Below are positions 1 to 10,656 of a DNA stretch of 64,000 nt, piece by piece. The stretch spans positions 17,360,001-17,424,000 of the forward strand of contig NC_043021.1 of the NCBI RefSeq assembly GCF_006345805.1, in the 5' to 3' direction. The notes under the pieces are model-generated. The model was not told the origin of the DNA, ran no database searches, and saw only the letters and a list, made by a program, of their open reading frames with translations. Position numbers and translations under genes: made by a program. The stretch's first letter is position 1. Every line of letters starts with the position of its first letter. This DNA is from Octopus sinensis. Lineage: Eukaryota.

Positions 1-389
1 TTGACATGATAGGTTGCTAGCCACTACACATTCTTTATTTTCTCTCCTTGTTCCTTTCTGTTGAAGAGCGTAGGCTCGAAATGTTAAAGACTTTTTCCAC
101 TTCCCGAGCGTTATACTAATACATCTGTTTGTTGTCTACACCACCTGTCTTAATCTTTTGTTTTTTTAAGAATTCTCCCTATATATATATATATATATAT
201 GGTTCAAATTTGACATGATAGGTTGCTAGCCACTACACATTCTTTATTTTCTCTCCTTGTTCCTTTCTGTTGAAGGGCGTAGGTTCGAAACGTTAAAGAT
301 TTTTTCCCTTCCTGAGCATTATACTAATACATCTGTTTGTTGTCTACACCACCTGTCTTTGTCTTTTGGATATTTTGTGAATTCCCCCC
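1..389 (+). repeat. Two tandem copies (period ~209 bp) of a Penelope-pLTR-like repeat, each with a minimal hammerhead-like motif
   Basis: 1-180 and 210-389 are near identical. They contain cttt-CTGTTGA-AGAGC-GTAG-GCTC-GAAA-tgtt-aaag (54-89) and cttt-CTGTTGA-AGGGC-GTAG-GTTC-GAAA-cgtt-aaag (263-298). Confidence 0.6.
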
Positions 390-760
390 ATATATCTATA
401 GTGTTGTGAATTCCTAGAGAGATGCAAGGTTGCAGGTTTGTTAAAGAGCATAAATGCCATGCTGTGGCATCGATGTCTTTGTCAAGGGACTCCATAACAA
501 GAGAACAGCAGAGACATTTGAAGAGAAAGAGAAGGGAGATAACTGAGGTATGACAACCAGCCTTTGGTGAGTCCGGTTAATGTCTAAACGCGTCGAGATA
601 GATTTCTTCTCAAAAAAAGAGAAAAAAGCAAAAAGAATTTCGAATATATATATACAGACACACACACATATATATACATGCACACACATATATATGCGTT
701 ATATATATGTGTGTATGCATAAATAATATATATATATACGTATACACACACACACACACA

Positions 761-799
<39 letters not shown>

Positions 800-867
800 A
801 ACGTATATATATATATGTATATGTGTATGCATGAATATATGTGTATGTATATATGTGTATATGTATA

Positions 868-942
<75 letters not shown>

Positions 943-1306
943 TGTATATATATATATATATATATAATATATATATATATATAAATAGATCAGTGGCTGT
1001 GTGTCACTTTGAAATCAATGTATTTGAACCGTGAATCCAGCAAAGCCACCTAGCCAAGCAGCTACTCTGTGTTGGTCAAGGGCAATGACCCTGGAACTAG
1101 TCCACAAACGTTTTGTGATGAGCGGGGATGCTGAATTCCTGGTTTGAAAATATAAGGACACAGATAATGTGTTGTATACCCAGCTAGAAATTATGTTTCT
1201 TGAGGCTAATAAACAGTAACAACGACCCTTCCAGAACACCCATATTATGTGGGCAATCAAATTTTACATATGTATATATATATATATATGTGTAAGAATG
1301 TATGTA

Positions 1307-1337
<31 letters not shown>

Positions 1338-1730
1338 GTGTGTGTATGTAAGTATGTATGTACGTACGTAAGTATGTATGTAGGTATGTATGTGTGTATG
1401 TATGTACGTACGTATGTATGTATGTACGTATGTATGTATGTATGCATGTTTGTATGTATGTATATGTATGTATGTATATATGTATGTATACATGTACGTA
1501 TGTATATATGTATGCATGTATGTATTTATATATGTATGTATGTATGCTCTATTTTGTGTTTGTGCCTCTCACAGCTTGACAACCAGTGCTGGTTTGTTTA
1601 TGGCTCCATAACTTAGTGGTTCACCAAACAAAAGAAATTGATAAATAAAAAAAGGACCCAATGTATAATAAGTTGATGAGTTGATTTGATTTAACTAAAA
1701 ATAAAAAAAAATTTTTGATAGCACCCCAGC

Positions 1731-1764
<34 letters not shown>

Positions 1765-1804
1765 ATATATTCCATATGCATGTGACTATGTGTGTGTATG
1801 TATG

Positions 1805-1840
<36 letters not shown>

Positions 1841-2086
1841 TGCATTCATATATACATATAAATATATATATATATGTATATATACATATATATAAGATTA
1901 CATATACAAAAAAATACTATAAATAAAAAAATGATAAAATAAATAATAATAAAAAATATACTCATTATCTGAGGAATGACAGTTCTTACGTTTTCTTTCC
2001 CTTCTTACCGTTCTTCAATTCTCTGCTTTCCCTCTTACCATTATTATTATAATTATTATTGTTGTTGCTGTTGTTGTTGTTTGCTA

Positions 2087-3067
2087 TTATTCGGCATCTG
2101 AACCGAGTCTGTCCAGCATGTGGTAGTTGAAATGGACTCGGTTTTCGAGGAAGACTTCGTTGGTTTTCTCCAGACTGACCGGTAAGCAACAACATCGGTC
2201 AGTGAGCGCCAGTTTGTATGTGATGAGCCAGATGATGAAGATGACTATGAAATTGGCCATGCCATGGGCCGCAAAGTACGTGGACAGAATGCTGATGTTG
2301 TAGTCCGTGATGTCCCACTTGTACGGGGAGCAGATGATCGTGCCGTAGTGGCACAGCCACGTGCCCTGCACGAGTGTGACGAACGAGCGTACGAATGGGA
2401 AGACTACCTGGTTGCGATAGTGGAACTCCAGTATGGTCACCACGACGGTCATAATGGCACAGTAAGTGACCAAGTTCTCACCGATCGAAGCCAGGCTGTC
2501 GTCTCGTTCATCGTCCATGACGTAGTGACCGAACAGAATTGCCTCGACGCCGAACGCGAATATGAAGATGCAGTAGTCGAGGCCCTGCGGCAGGCTATAA
2601 GTGCACGTCTGTGACCCGATGTTCACCAAACACGAGAGTCCGAAAGCCACAAGGATTATACAAGACCGCAATTTCAACATACTATTTTTAGCGTCGTTCA
2701 GTTCGGCACCCGCTCCAGCGCCACCACCGACCCAGTTGATTCCAGGCACATGTCGGTAATTTGTGACGAGTAAAAGGCCACAGATGATGAGGCAGATCTC
2801 GATGAAACTCTGTATCAGCTGCTTCCAGCGTTGCTTGCTGCAGGGGTAGACGAGCGACGAATGAAACTCGACGTGTTTCCACCTCATGAAGAAGAAGATG
2901 CGGGTCGTTTGCACGGTCCACCATAACGAGTACAGGATGAACATGACTCCGAGGATGAGGAAGTCAATGTAAGCACAAGCGAGTTCGGTATTGCTGTTGT
3001 TGCTGCTGCCGCTGCCGCTGGCCGGTGCATCGCTGCCTCCTTGACTTACGTTTGCACTGTGCACCAT
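2087..3067 (-). CDS. TMEM45/DUF716-family multi-pass membrane protein, 326 aa, single coding exon
   Basis: Long non-repetitive, GC-elevated ORF with ~7 hydrophobic segments. Motifs LPQGLDY, VEAILF, LVQGTW, KWD and YFAAH match recalled TMEM45 motifs (VPLGVD, MEGFLF, LQGTWFWQIG, EWD, CFCWH). Confidence 0.85.
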   Translation of the reverse strand: MVHSANVSQGGSDAPASGSGSSNNSNTELACAYIDFLILGVMFILYSLWWTVQTTRIFFFMRWKHVEFHSSLVYPCSKQRWKQLIQSFIEICLIICGLLLVTNYRHVPGINWVGGGAGAGAELNDAKNSMLKLRSCIILVAFGLSCLVNIGSQTCTYSLPQGLDYCIFIFAFGVEAILFGHYVMDDERDDSLASIGENLVTYCAIMTVVVTILEFHYRNQVVFPFVRSFVTLVQGTWLCHYGTIICSPYKWDITDYNISILSTYFAAHGMANFIVIFIIWLITYKLALTDRCCCLPVSLEKTNEVFLENRVHFNYHMLDRLGSDAE

Positions 3068-3074
3068 CCTTTAA

Positions 3075-3095
3075 CTGAAATAAACAAACAGAAGA
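3075..3095 (-). promoter_or_regulatory. Splice acceptor of a 5'-UTR intron, 7 nt upstream of the TMEM45-like ATG
   Basis: The minus strand reads cttctgtttgtttatttcag|ttaaaggATG: a pyrimidine tract plus AG. Confidence 0.65.
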
Positions 3096-3130
3096 AAATT
3101 ATCCATCATCATCATCATCGTTAATATTAT

Positions 3131-3547
3131 CTATTTCTTTACTACCCACAAGGGGCTAAACACAGAGGGGACAAACAAGGACAGACAAAGGGATTAAGTC
3201 GATTACATCGACCCCAGTGCATAACTGGTACTTAATTTATCGACCCCGAAAGGAAGAAAGGCAAAGTCGACCTCGGCGGAATTTGAACTCAGAATGTAGC
3301 AGCAGCCGAAATACCTATTTCTTTACTACCCACAAGGGGCTAAACATAGAGGGGACAAACAAGGACAGACAAACGGATTAAGTCGATTACATCTACCCCA
3401 GTGCGTAACTGGTACTTATTTAATCGACCCCGAAAGGATGAAAGGCAAAGTCGACCTCGGCGGAATTTGAACTCAGAACGTAGCGGCAGACGAAATACCG
3501 CTTAGCATTTCGCCCGGTGTGCTAACGTTTCTGCCAGTTCGCCACCT
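3131..3547 (-). mobile_element. tRNA-derived SINE with Nin-like core and a tandemly duplicated 3' half. Other copies at ~4455-4635, 7845-8020, 20970-21120, 31474-31658(+), 47810-47950, 59960-60160(+)
   Basis: Head ggcgaactggcagaaacgttagc, gagttcaaattcc B-box, core ttgcctttcatcctttcggggtcga...aagtaccag; recurs throughout the window. Confidence 0.75.
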
Positions 3548-3984
3548 TAATATTATCATTATCACCACAACCGTCATTATGACTATGAATGCCACAACCA
3601 CCACAGATGCTGCCACCACAACAACAACCACCAACACTACCACTACTATCACTATCATCAATACTGCCATCACCACCAACACCACCGTCACCACCACCAC
3701 CACTGCCAGCATCAATAGCAGCACCAACACCAGTCACCACGACCACCACCACCAACATCACCAACACTGCCATTGTCATCTCCCCTAGCACCACCACCAC
3801 CACCACCACCGCCACTATCAGCGTTAATAGCAGCACTAACACCACTGTCACCACCACTATCACCACCACCACCACCACCACCAGCATCAATAGCAACACC
3901 AACACCACTACCATCACCACCACTGCTATAACCATTTTCTCTTCTACAGTCACAAGTTGGATTTCGTAGACATAAACTGAAACA

Positions 3985-4446
3985 AGCCCTTTGTATCTCT
4001 GCTCAATACTACAGATTTGCTTGTCAGTTGTTTGACCTTAACCAGTTGAGCATGTCCCTGAGTGGCTGAAGATATGTGCATCCCTGATCACGAGCAGAAG
4101 TAGTGGGGGAGCATCATAGCCATGTGTTGAGAGGGATTCTTTGGGATTTCAATAATTCACCTCTGGAAACATGGGTGTTTCGTTCAACATCCTTAAACAA
4201 CACTTATTCAGGGACCTTTTGAGCGGGATGGGCTACTCAACCTGAAGAAAATTCTAACTGGGCCCCACCTGCAAAGTCATGTGCTGTTTATCTTGATATG
4301 AGATCACCATTGTTGCGCACATATGATTGTGATGCACGTGCCTGGTGTACCCTTATCAGACAGGTAGTCATGTTGGGTATACTGGGCCTCGTATATTTTA
4401 CCCCAGTGTCACTTTGATGGCATACACTGCTCTCTCACTCAATAAT
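3985..4446 (+). mobile_element. Dispersed SINE-like repeat ending in an (AAT)n tail; copies at ~39838-40420(-) and ~59540-59930(-)
   Basis: Three ~400-500 bp homologous copies ending ...gctctctcactcaataat. Confidence 0.65.
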
Positions 4447-4639
4447 CCTTTCTACTATAGGTACAAGGCCTAAAATTTACATCAACCCCAGTGTGTACCT
4501 GGTACTTAATTTATCGACCTCGAAAAGATGAAAGGCAAAATGAACCTTGGTGGGATTTGAACCCAAAAAATAAAGATGGAAGAAATGCTACTAAGAATTT
4601 TTCCCCAGCATGCTAACGAATCTGCCAGCTCAAAGCCTT

Positions 4640-4990
4640 CATCATTATCATCATCATCATCATCGTTTAATGTCCGTTTTCCGCGCTAGCACAGCTTGGA
4701 TGGTTTGACCGGGGTCTGGGAAGCCAGGGGCTGCACCAGGCTCCAGTCTGATCTGGCAGTGTTTCTACAGCTGGATGCCCTTCCTAACGCCAATCACTCC
4801 GCGAGTGTAGTGGGTGCCAGGGGAGGCTGGCAGCAGCCACAATCGGTTGGTGCTTTTTACGTGCCACCAGCATGGAAGCCAGCCAAGGCGGCGCTGGCAT
4901 CGGCCACATTCTGATGGTGCTTTTTATGTGCCACCGGCACAGAAGCCAGTCGAGGCGGCGCTGGCATCGGCCATGTTCGGAGGGTGCTTT
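4640..4990 (-). mobile_element. Retroposon 3' segment with (GAT)n tail (RTE-type tail). Copies at ~6107-6440, 7561-7840, 13295-13480(+), 28285-28580, 35540-35740(+), 43540-43830, 48090-48420, 57101-57220
   Basis: Shared ggttggcgttaggaagggcatccagctgtagaaac ... ggaaagcggacgttaaacgatgatgat. Confidence 0.7.
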
Positions 4991-6544
4991 TAATATTGGA
5001 AACAAGAATTTAAGCAGAAAAAGAAAATTATGTTATTTACTGGTTTCGTTGGTTTCTAAGAAACATTTTTGGTTTTTGGTTGCTAAGGTATTTTTTTGCT
5101 GAATGGTCCTTCAACAAGATTCTTGTTTGAGTCTCAAGACAAAAGTCTCAAACATTTTGAAGAAAATGGATCTGGAATGGGAGAAGAAAAAAAATAAATA
5201 AATAAAATGCAAAAAAAAAAAAAAAGAAACATTTCAGTTAAAAATTAACGACCATGTTCTGGTGTGGACATGTATACACACAGACATACATGCATATGTA
5301 TACACATACATATACATACATACACAAACACATTCATACACACACACACACACCTATATGCACACATGCATACATACACACAAGCATACACACACATGCA
5401 TATATACACACAGAGATACACATGCATACACACACACATACATACAAACATACGTACACACACACATACACACACATGCATACATATACACACATACATA
5501 AACACATTCATACATACACACCCACACCCACATACACACAAACATACATACACGCATACATACACACACATACATAAACACATTCACACACACACACACC
5601 CATACGCACACATGCATACATACACACACATACATACATATAGAGATACACATGCATACACATACACATACAAACATACGTACACACATACATGCACACA
5701 CACACACCCATAAGCACACATGCATATGTACATGTACACACACACACAGATATACACACATATGTATACATACATACACATGCATACAAATACACAGATA
5801 CATACATACACACATATACATACATATATACATACATACACACACATGCAGACACCCAGACACAGACACACATACACACACACACACACACACACCCCCT
5901 GTGGAAAAGAATATAAAGAACAGTTGTCACATGACTGATTCTCTAGCAGTGGTTGTTGTTGTTGTTGCTGTTGTTGTTATTGCCAGGCTGAGGTCTTCCT
6001 TTATCAACAGAATGGTTTGATCTGACATCGATGAATGGGTGTGTGGTTAACGAGTTTTCTTCCCAAACCGAGTGGCTTTGGGGTTCACTCCCACAGCTTG
6101 GCCCAGCATCATCATCATCATCATCGTCGTTTAACGTCTGCTTTCCATGCTAGCATGGGTTGGATGATTTTGACTGAAGTCTGGCGAACCAGATGGCAGC
6201 ACCAGGCACCAATCTGATCTGGTAGAGTTTCTACAGCTGGATGCCCTTCCTAATGCCAACCACTCCGAGAGTGTAGTGGGTGCTTTTACGTGCCACCGGC
6301 ACGGGGGCCAGTCAGACGGTACTGGCAACGTCCTCGCTCGAATCTTTTTACACATTCCACTGGCACAAGTGCCAGTAAGGTGACGTTGGTAACGATCACG
6401 CTCGAATGGTGCCTTTTATGTGCCACTGACACGGAAGCCGGTTGCCCCACAGATAATAATACAGTCTGGGGTCAACGGATGCCTTGCAAGTAGATTTTAA
6501 AAAAAAAAAAAGGATCAAAGGTCCTTCGTGAATCATATAGATAG

Positions 6545-6766
6545 ACTCATAAGGCTGGTTTCCCTGATTTTGCGGTGCATATTATCCTCCTGGATGGAAA
6601 GCTGGTCTGTTGCAGGATGACTCACTTTTGCAGATGAGTGGATTGGAGCAACATGAAATGAAGAAGTGTTTTGTTCAAGAACACAACACACTACCCAGTG
6701 AAGGGACTGAACCCACACTCTTATGATCATGAGTCCAACACCCTAACCACTGAGCCATGTGCTTCC
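6545..6766 (-). mobile_element. Old tRNA-derived SINE with Meta/V-like core (diverged relative of 19640-19947)
   Basis: tggctcagtggttag A-box and ggttcagtcc B-box; cctgcaacagaccagctttccatccagg ... gggaaaccagccttatgag. Confidence 0.6.
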
Positions 6767-7022
6767 ACCTGAGTGGAATTTGGTAGACTGAAACTGAAAG
6801 AAGCACAACCCACATATATGTGTGTGTGTGTGTGTGTGTATGTGCGCGTGAGAGAGAGAATGTGCATGTGTGTATGTGTGTGTGCGTGAGAGAGAGAATG
6901 TGCATGTGTGTATGTGTGTGTGCATGAGAGAGAGAATGTGCATGTGTGTATGTGTGTGTGCGTGTGAGTGAGAGAGTGTGCATGTGTGTGTGCGAGTTTG
7001 TGAGAGGGAGAGAGATAGTGTA

Positions 7023-7054
<32 letters not shown>

Positions 7055-7299
7055 TGTGTGAGTGTGTGTGTGAGAAAGAGAGAGTGTGTATGTGTGTATG
7101 AGAGACAAACATATACACACATATAGAAACACAAACACACACACACACACAAACACACACTCCTATACCACATACACACACAGGAAGCCAATCAGCCAAA
7201 TTCCTTATCAACATCTCTCAGTTCTAAAGACTAAAGTATGAAACAATAACCTTTAAACTATTGAATAATAATAATAATAATAATATAATAATAATAATA

Positions 7300-7382
7300 T
7301 CACCACAAACCACAGCACATACCCAAGACACATGGACCTACACTCAGTGGTGCAGTGAAAGCACGTGATAAAAATAAGGCAA

Positions 7383-7425
<43 letters not shown>

Positions 7426-7560
7426 TAAAACACTTTCAATATAGCAACCATCAGAGCATCACAACAAACCACAGCACATACCCAAAGCACACAGGGCTGC
7501 GCTTGGTAGTGCGGTGAAAGCACGTGATAAAAATAATAATAATAATAATAATAATAATAA
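7300..7560 (+). mobile_element. Two short non-LTR retrotransposon 3' ends inserted in (TAA)n, Dong/R4-like
   Basis: Duplicated accacagcacataccca...gtgaaagcacgtgataaaaata flanked by (TAA)n. The second copy begins with KTLSI* codons. Dong-type elements are known to target TAA repeats. Confidence 0.45.
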
Positions 7561-8202
7561 TCATCATCATCATCGTTTAATGTCCGCTTTCCATGCTAGC
7601 ATGGGTTGGACGGTTCAAGTGGGGTCAGGGAAGCCCGAAGGTGCACCAGGCCAGTCAGATCTGGCAGAGTTTCTACAGCTGGATGCCCTTCCTAACGCCA
7701 ACCACTCCGTGAGTGTAGTGGGTGCTTTTTACGTGCCACCTGCACAGGTGCCAGACGAGGCTGGCAAACGGCCATGCTCGGATGGTGTTTTTTATGTGCC
7801 ACCGACACAGGTGCCAGACGAGGCTGGCGAACGGCCACGCTCGAGGCACAAGGCCTGGAATTTATGAGGAGGGAAATAGTTAATTACGTCAACACCAGTA
7901 GTTAACTGGTATGAAAGGATGAAAGGCAAAGTCGACCTCAGTGGAATTTGAACCCAGAACATGAAGACAGACAAGATGCCGTTAAGCATTTTGCTCAGCA
8001 TGCTAACAGCTCTGCCAGCTCATCACCTTACAATAGCCACAGCATGGCCAGGGAAACATGTATGGCAGTGGTTAAGAAGTTCGTTTTCTATCTACATGGT
8101 TTTGAGTTCAGAACAGTACCTTGGGCAAGTGTCTCCTTCTATAGCTCGAGGCTGACCAAAGCCTTGTGTGGATTTGCTTGGGGGAAACTGAAAGAATCCC
8201 AT

Positions 8203-8235
<33 letters not shown>

Positions 8236-8239
8236 TCTT

Positions 8240-8645
8240 AACTCTTTTACTTGCTTCAGTCATTTGACTGTGGCCATGCTGGAGCACTGCCTTTAGTCGA
8301 GCAAATCGACCCCAGGACTTATTCTTTGTAAGCCTAGTACTTATTCTATAGGTCTCTTTTGCCAAACTACTAAGTTACGGGGACGTAAACACACCAGCAT
8401 CGGTTGTCAAGCGATGCTGCAGGGACACAAACACTCAAACACATACACACACATACATATATATATATAATACATATATATGACGGGCTTCTTTCAATTT
8501 CCATCTACCAAATCCACTCACAAGACTTTGGTCGGCCTGAGGCTATAGTAGAAGACACTTGCCCAAGGTGCCACGCAGTGGGACTGAACCCAGAACAATG
8601 TAGTTGGTAAGCAAGCTACTTACCACACAGCCACTCCTGCACCTA
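8240..8645 (-). mobile_element. Most abundant tRNA-derived SINE (octopus OK-like) with internal (TA/TG)n. About 20 full or partial copies, e.g. 12895-13280, 14223-14640, 15633-16016, 17821-18230, 25545-25955, 31662-32018, 36390-36770, 48680-49050, 52322-52760, 52917-53235, 58000-58390, 62335-62620
   Basis: Head aggcgcaggagtggctgtgtggtaag...ggttcagtccc; tail ggcggtgctccagcatggccgcagtcaaatgactgaaacaagtaaaagag. Confidence 0.85.
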
Positions 8646-9235
8646 CATATATGTATATATATATATATATATATATAGTGGGGCCCGTGCCAGTGGCACG
8701 TAAAAATCCCCCACTACACTCTTGGAGTGGTTGGCGTTGGGAAGGGCATCCAGCTGTAGAAACATTGCCAGATCAGATTGGAGCTGATGATGATAATAAT
8801 GGTGAAGATGATGGTGATAATGATGATGATGATGATAATGATGATCACATACTTATCAACATTGAACTTTTTTTTTTTCAATGTTACACCACTTGATATC
8901 ATCTGCTTTTTCCTTTCTGATTATTATCGTTGTGAGAGGAGTGGTTTGGTGCACTAATTAATTATTGATATATCAATAATAACAAAAGGTGAAAGTTCAA
9001 GCCTGCTGTTATTGGGTCAAGCAGGTGAGGAAGGTCAGAACGAAATGTCATTCAAATAAAACATCAGAAATGTTGTCACACATTCTGCACTTATTTTTTC
9101 CCCAATATGCTGATCATACTGTCAATCTAACACCATGTAATGATGATGATGATGATGATGATAATAATAATAATAATAATAATCTTTTCCACTGTAGGCA
9201 CAAGGCCCAAAATTTTGGGGGAGGAGGCCAGTCGA

Positions 9236-10160
9236 TTAGAAGAAGCAGACCAAACTCAACTGCAGTCTGACCTATATGCTGTGAGTCAATGGGCAGACAG
9301 AAACAAAATGCAACTGAACGAGGGAAAATTTGAGCTGATGCATTTTGGAAGAAAGTCCACACTAAAACAGCCATACTCTCTTCCTTCAGGAGAACCGCTC
9401 ACAGCCTCTAACAATATCAGAAATCTGGGCGTAATTGTTGATAACAATCTCAGTTGGAGTGCCCACATCAACAATAAGGTCAATATAGCTCGTAGGATGA
9501 GTTCCTGGATCTTAAGAACCTTCTGGTCCAGAGAACAAGGTGTCATCATACCACTTTTCTCTTCCTTTGTATGGCCACACCTGAATACTGCTGCCCACTG
9601 TGGTCTCCCCATACAAGACAAAACATCTCGAGGATTGCATCACCCCAGAGGGCACTCACTAAACGAATTAAAGGCATGGCTGCTCTCGATTATTGGGACT
9701 GCCTTAATGCTTTGAAACTCTTCTCTCTCCAGCACCGCCACGAGCAGTACATCATTTGTATGATGTGGAGAATATACCACCAACTTTGCCCAAATGACCT
9801 GAACATTGATTTCAAGGTTCATCCACGGTGGGGACCACGGGCCATACGTCCCCTGCCCAATTCAGGATCACAGCATATAGGTACACTGCAACATAATTTA
9901 TTTTCCTCAATAGGCCCTGCTCTGTTTAACATTGTCTCGAAAGAGATCAAAGAGATCAACTATAAATGGAGTTTGGATAGATTTCTTCAAGGAATACCGA
10001 ATAAGCCACCCATACCTGGATACAACTCACTCAACAAGAACTCACTATTTGAATGGACCATAAACAAAACTTGACTTAAACAGGATTTAGATAATCCTAT
10101 CAGGTGGTGCTACTAAGTTAGACATGGCCTGGACCAATCTTTGGTCGAAACAAATCTAAG
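9236..10160 (+). mobile_element. 5'-truncated CR1/L2-group LINE, ORF2 C-terminus (frameshifted) plus 3' UTR
   Basis: LQSDL..VSQWA..NKMQLN..KFELMHFG; NLGVIVDNNLSW..HI; PHL/EYCCPLWSP; GPALFN. Confidence 0.9.
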
Positions 10161-10342
10161 TTCATTATACATATATATAACCTTACAGTAGTCTGGAACA
10201 ACCGAATCTTAGTCAGTCAGTTGATGGGCTCCACTACCTCAAATGTTCTTAAAATTTAAATCCACATCTTTGTCTATATATCTACCTTCTCTATAATGTT
10301 GCCACTTGATTTGAAAATTTTTGTATTAATGGAAAACCTCTA

Positions 10343-10435
10343 TAATTGGCAGATGAGTGCTCAGCATTTTAAAACTGTTGTAATACTTACAACATTTAAT
10401 AAAATGATGTAGTACGAAACGATCGTACCAAATTA
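10343..10435 (+). ncRNA. Type I hammerhead-like motif with long stem II (core variant CAGAUGA)
   Basis: taattgg-CAGATGA-gtgct...tgttgtaa tac ttacaaca...agtac-GAAA-cgatcg-TA-ccaaatta. Confidence 0.6.
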
Positions 10436-10625
10436 CCGGAGTCATTCTTGTTGCTTATTTTGATTATATATATATATATATATATGATGGGCTTCTTTCA
10501 GTTTCTGTCTACCAAATCCACTCACAAGACTTTGGTCAGCCTGAGGCTATAGTAGAAGACACTTGCCCAAGGTGTCACACTCGCATATACACCACACACA
10601 CACACACATATAAACATATATATAC

Positions 10626-10656
<31 letters not shown>

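Noticed and set aside
610-1616. Numerous ORFs rich in Y/I/C/V/M or H/T (also 5245-6020, 38393-38867, 44708-45224, 53234-54500)
   Set aside because: Translations of (TA)n, (TG)n and (TATG)n microsatellites; not genes.
2264-2614. Plus-strand 116-aa ORF (also 40862-41359)
   Set aside because: Antisense shadows of the real minus-strand CDSs.
3473-3969. Thr-rich mucin-like ORFs (also 50776-51539)
   Set aside because: (ACC/ACT)n simple repeats; no splice or domain support.
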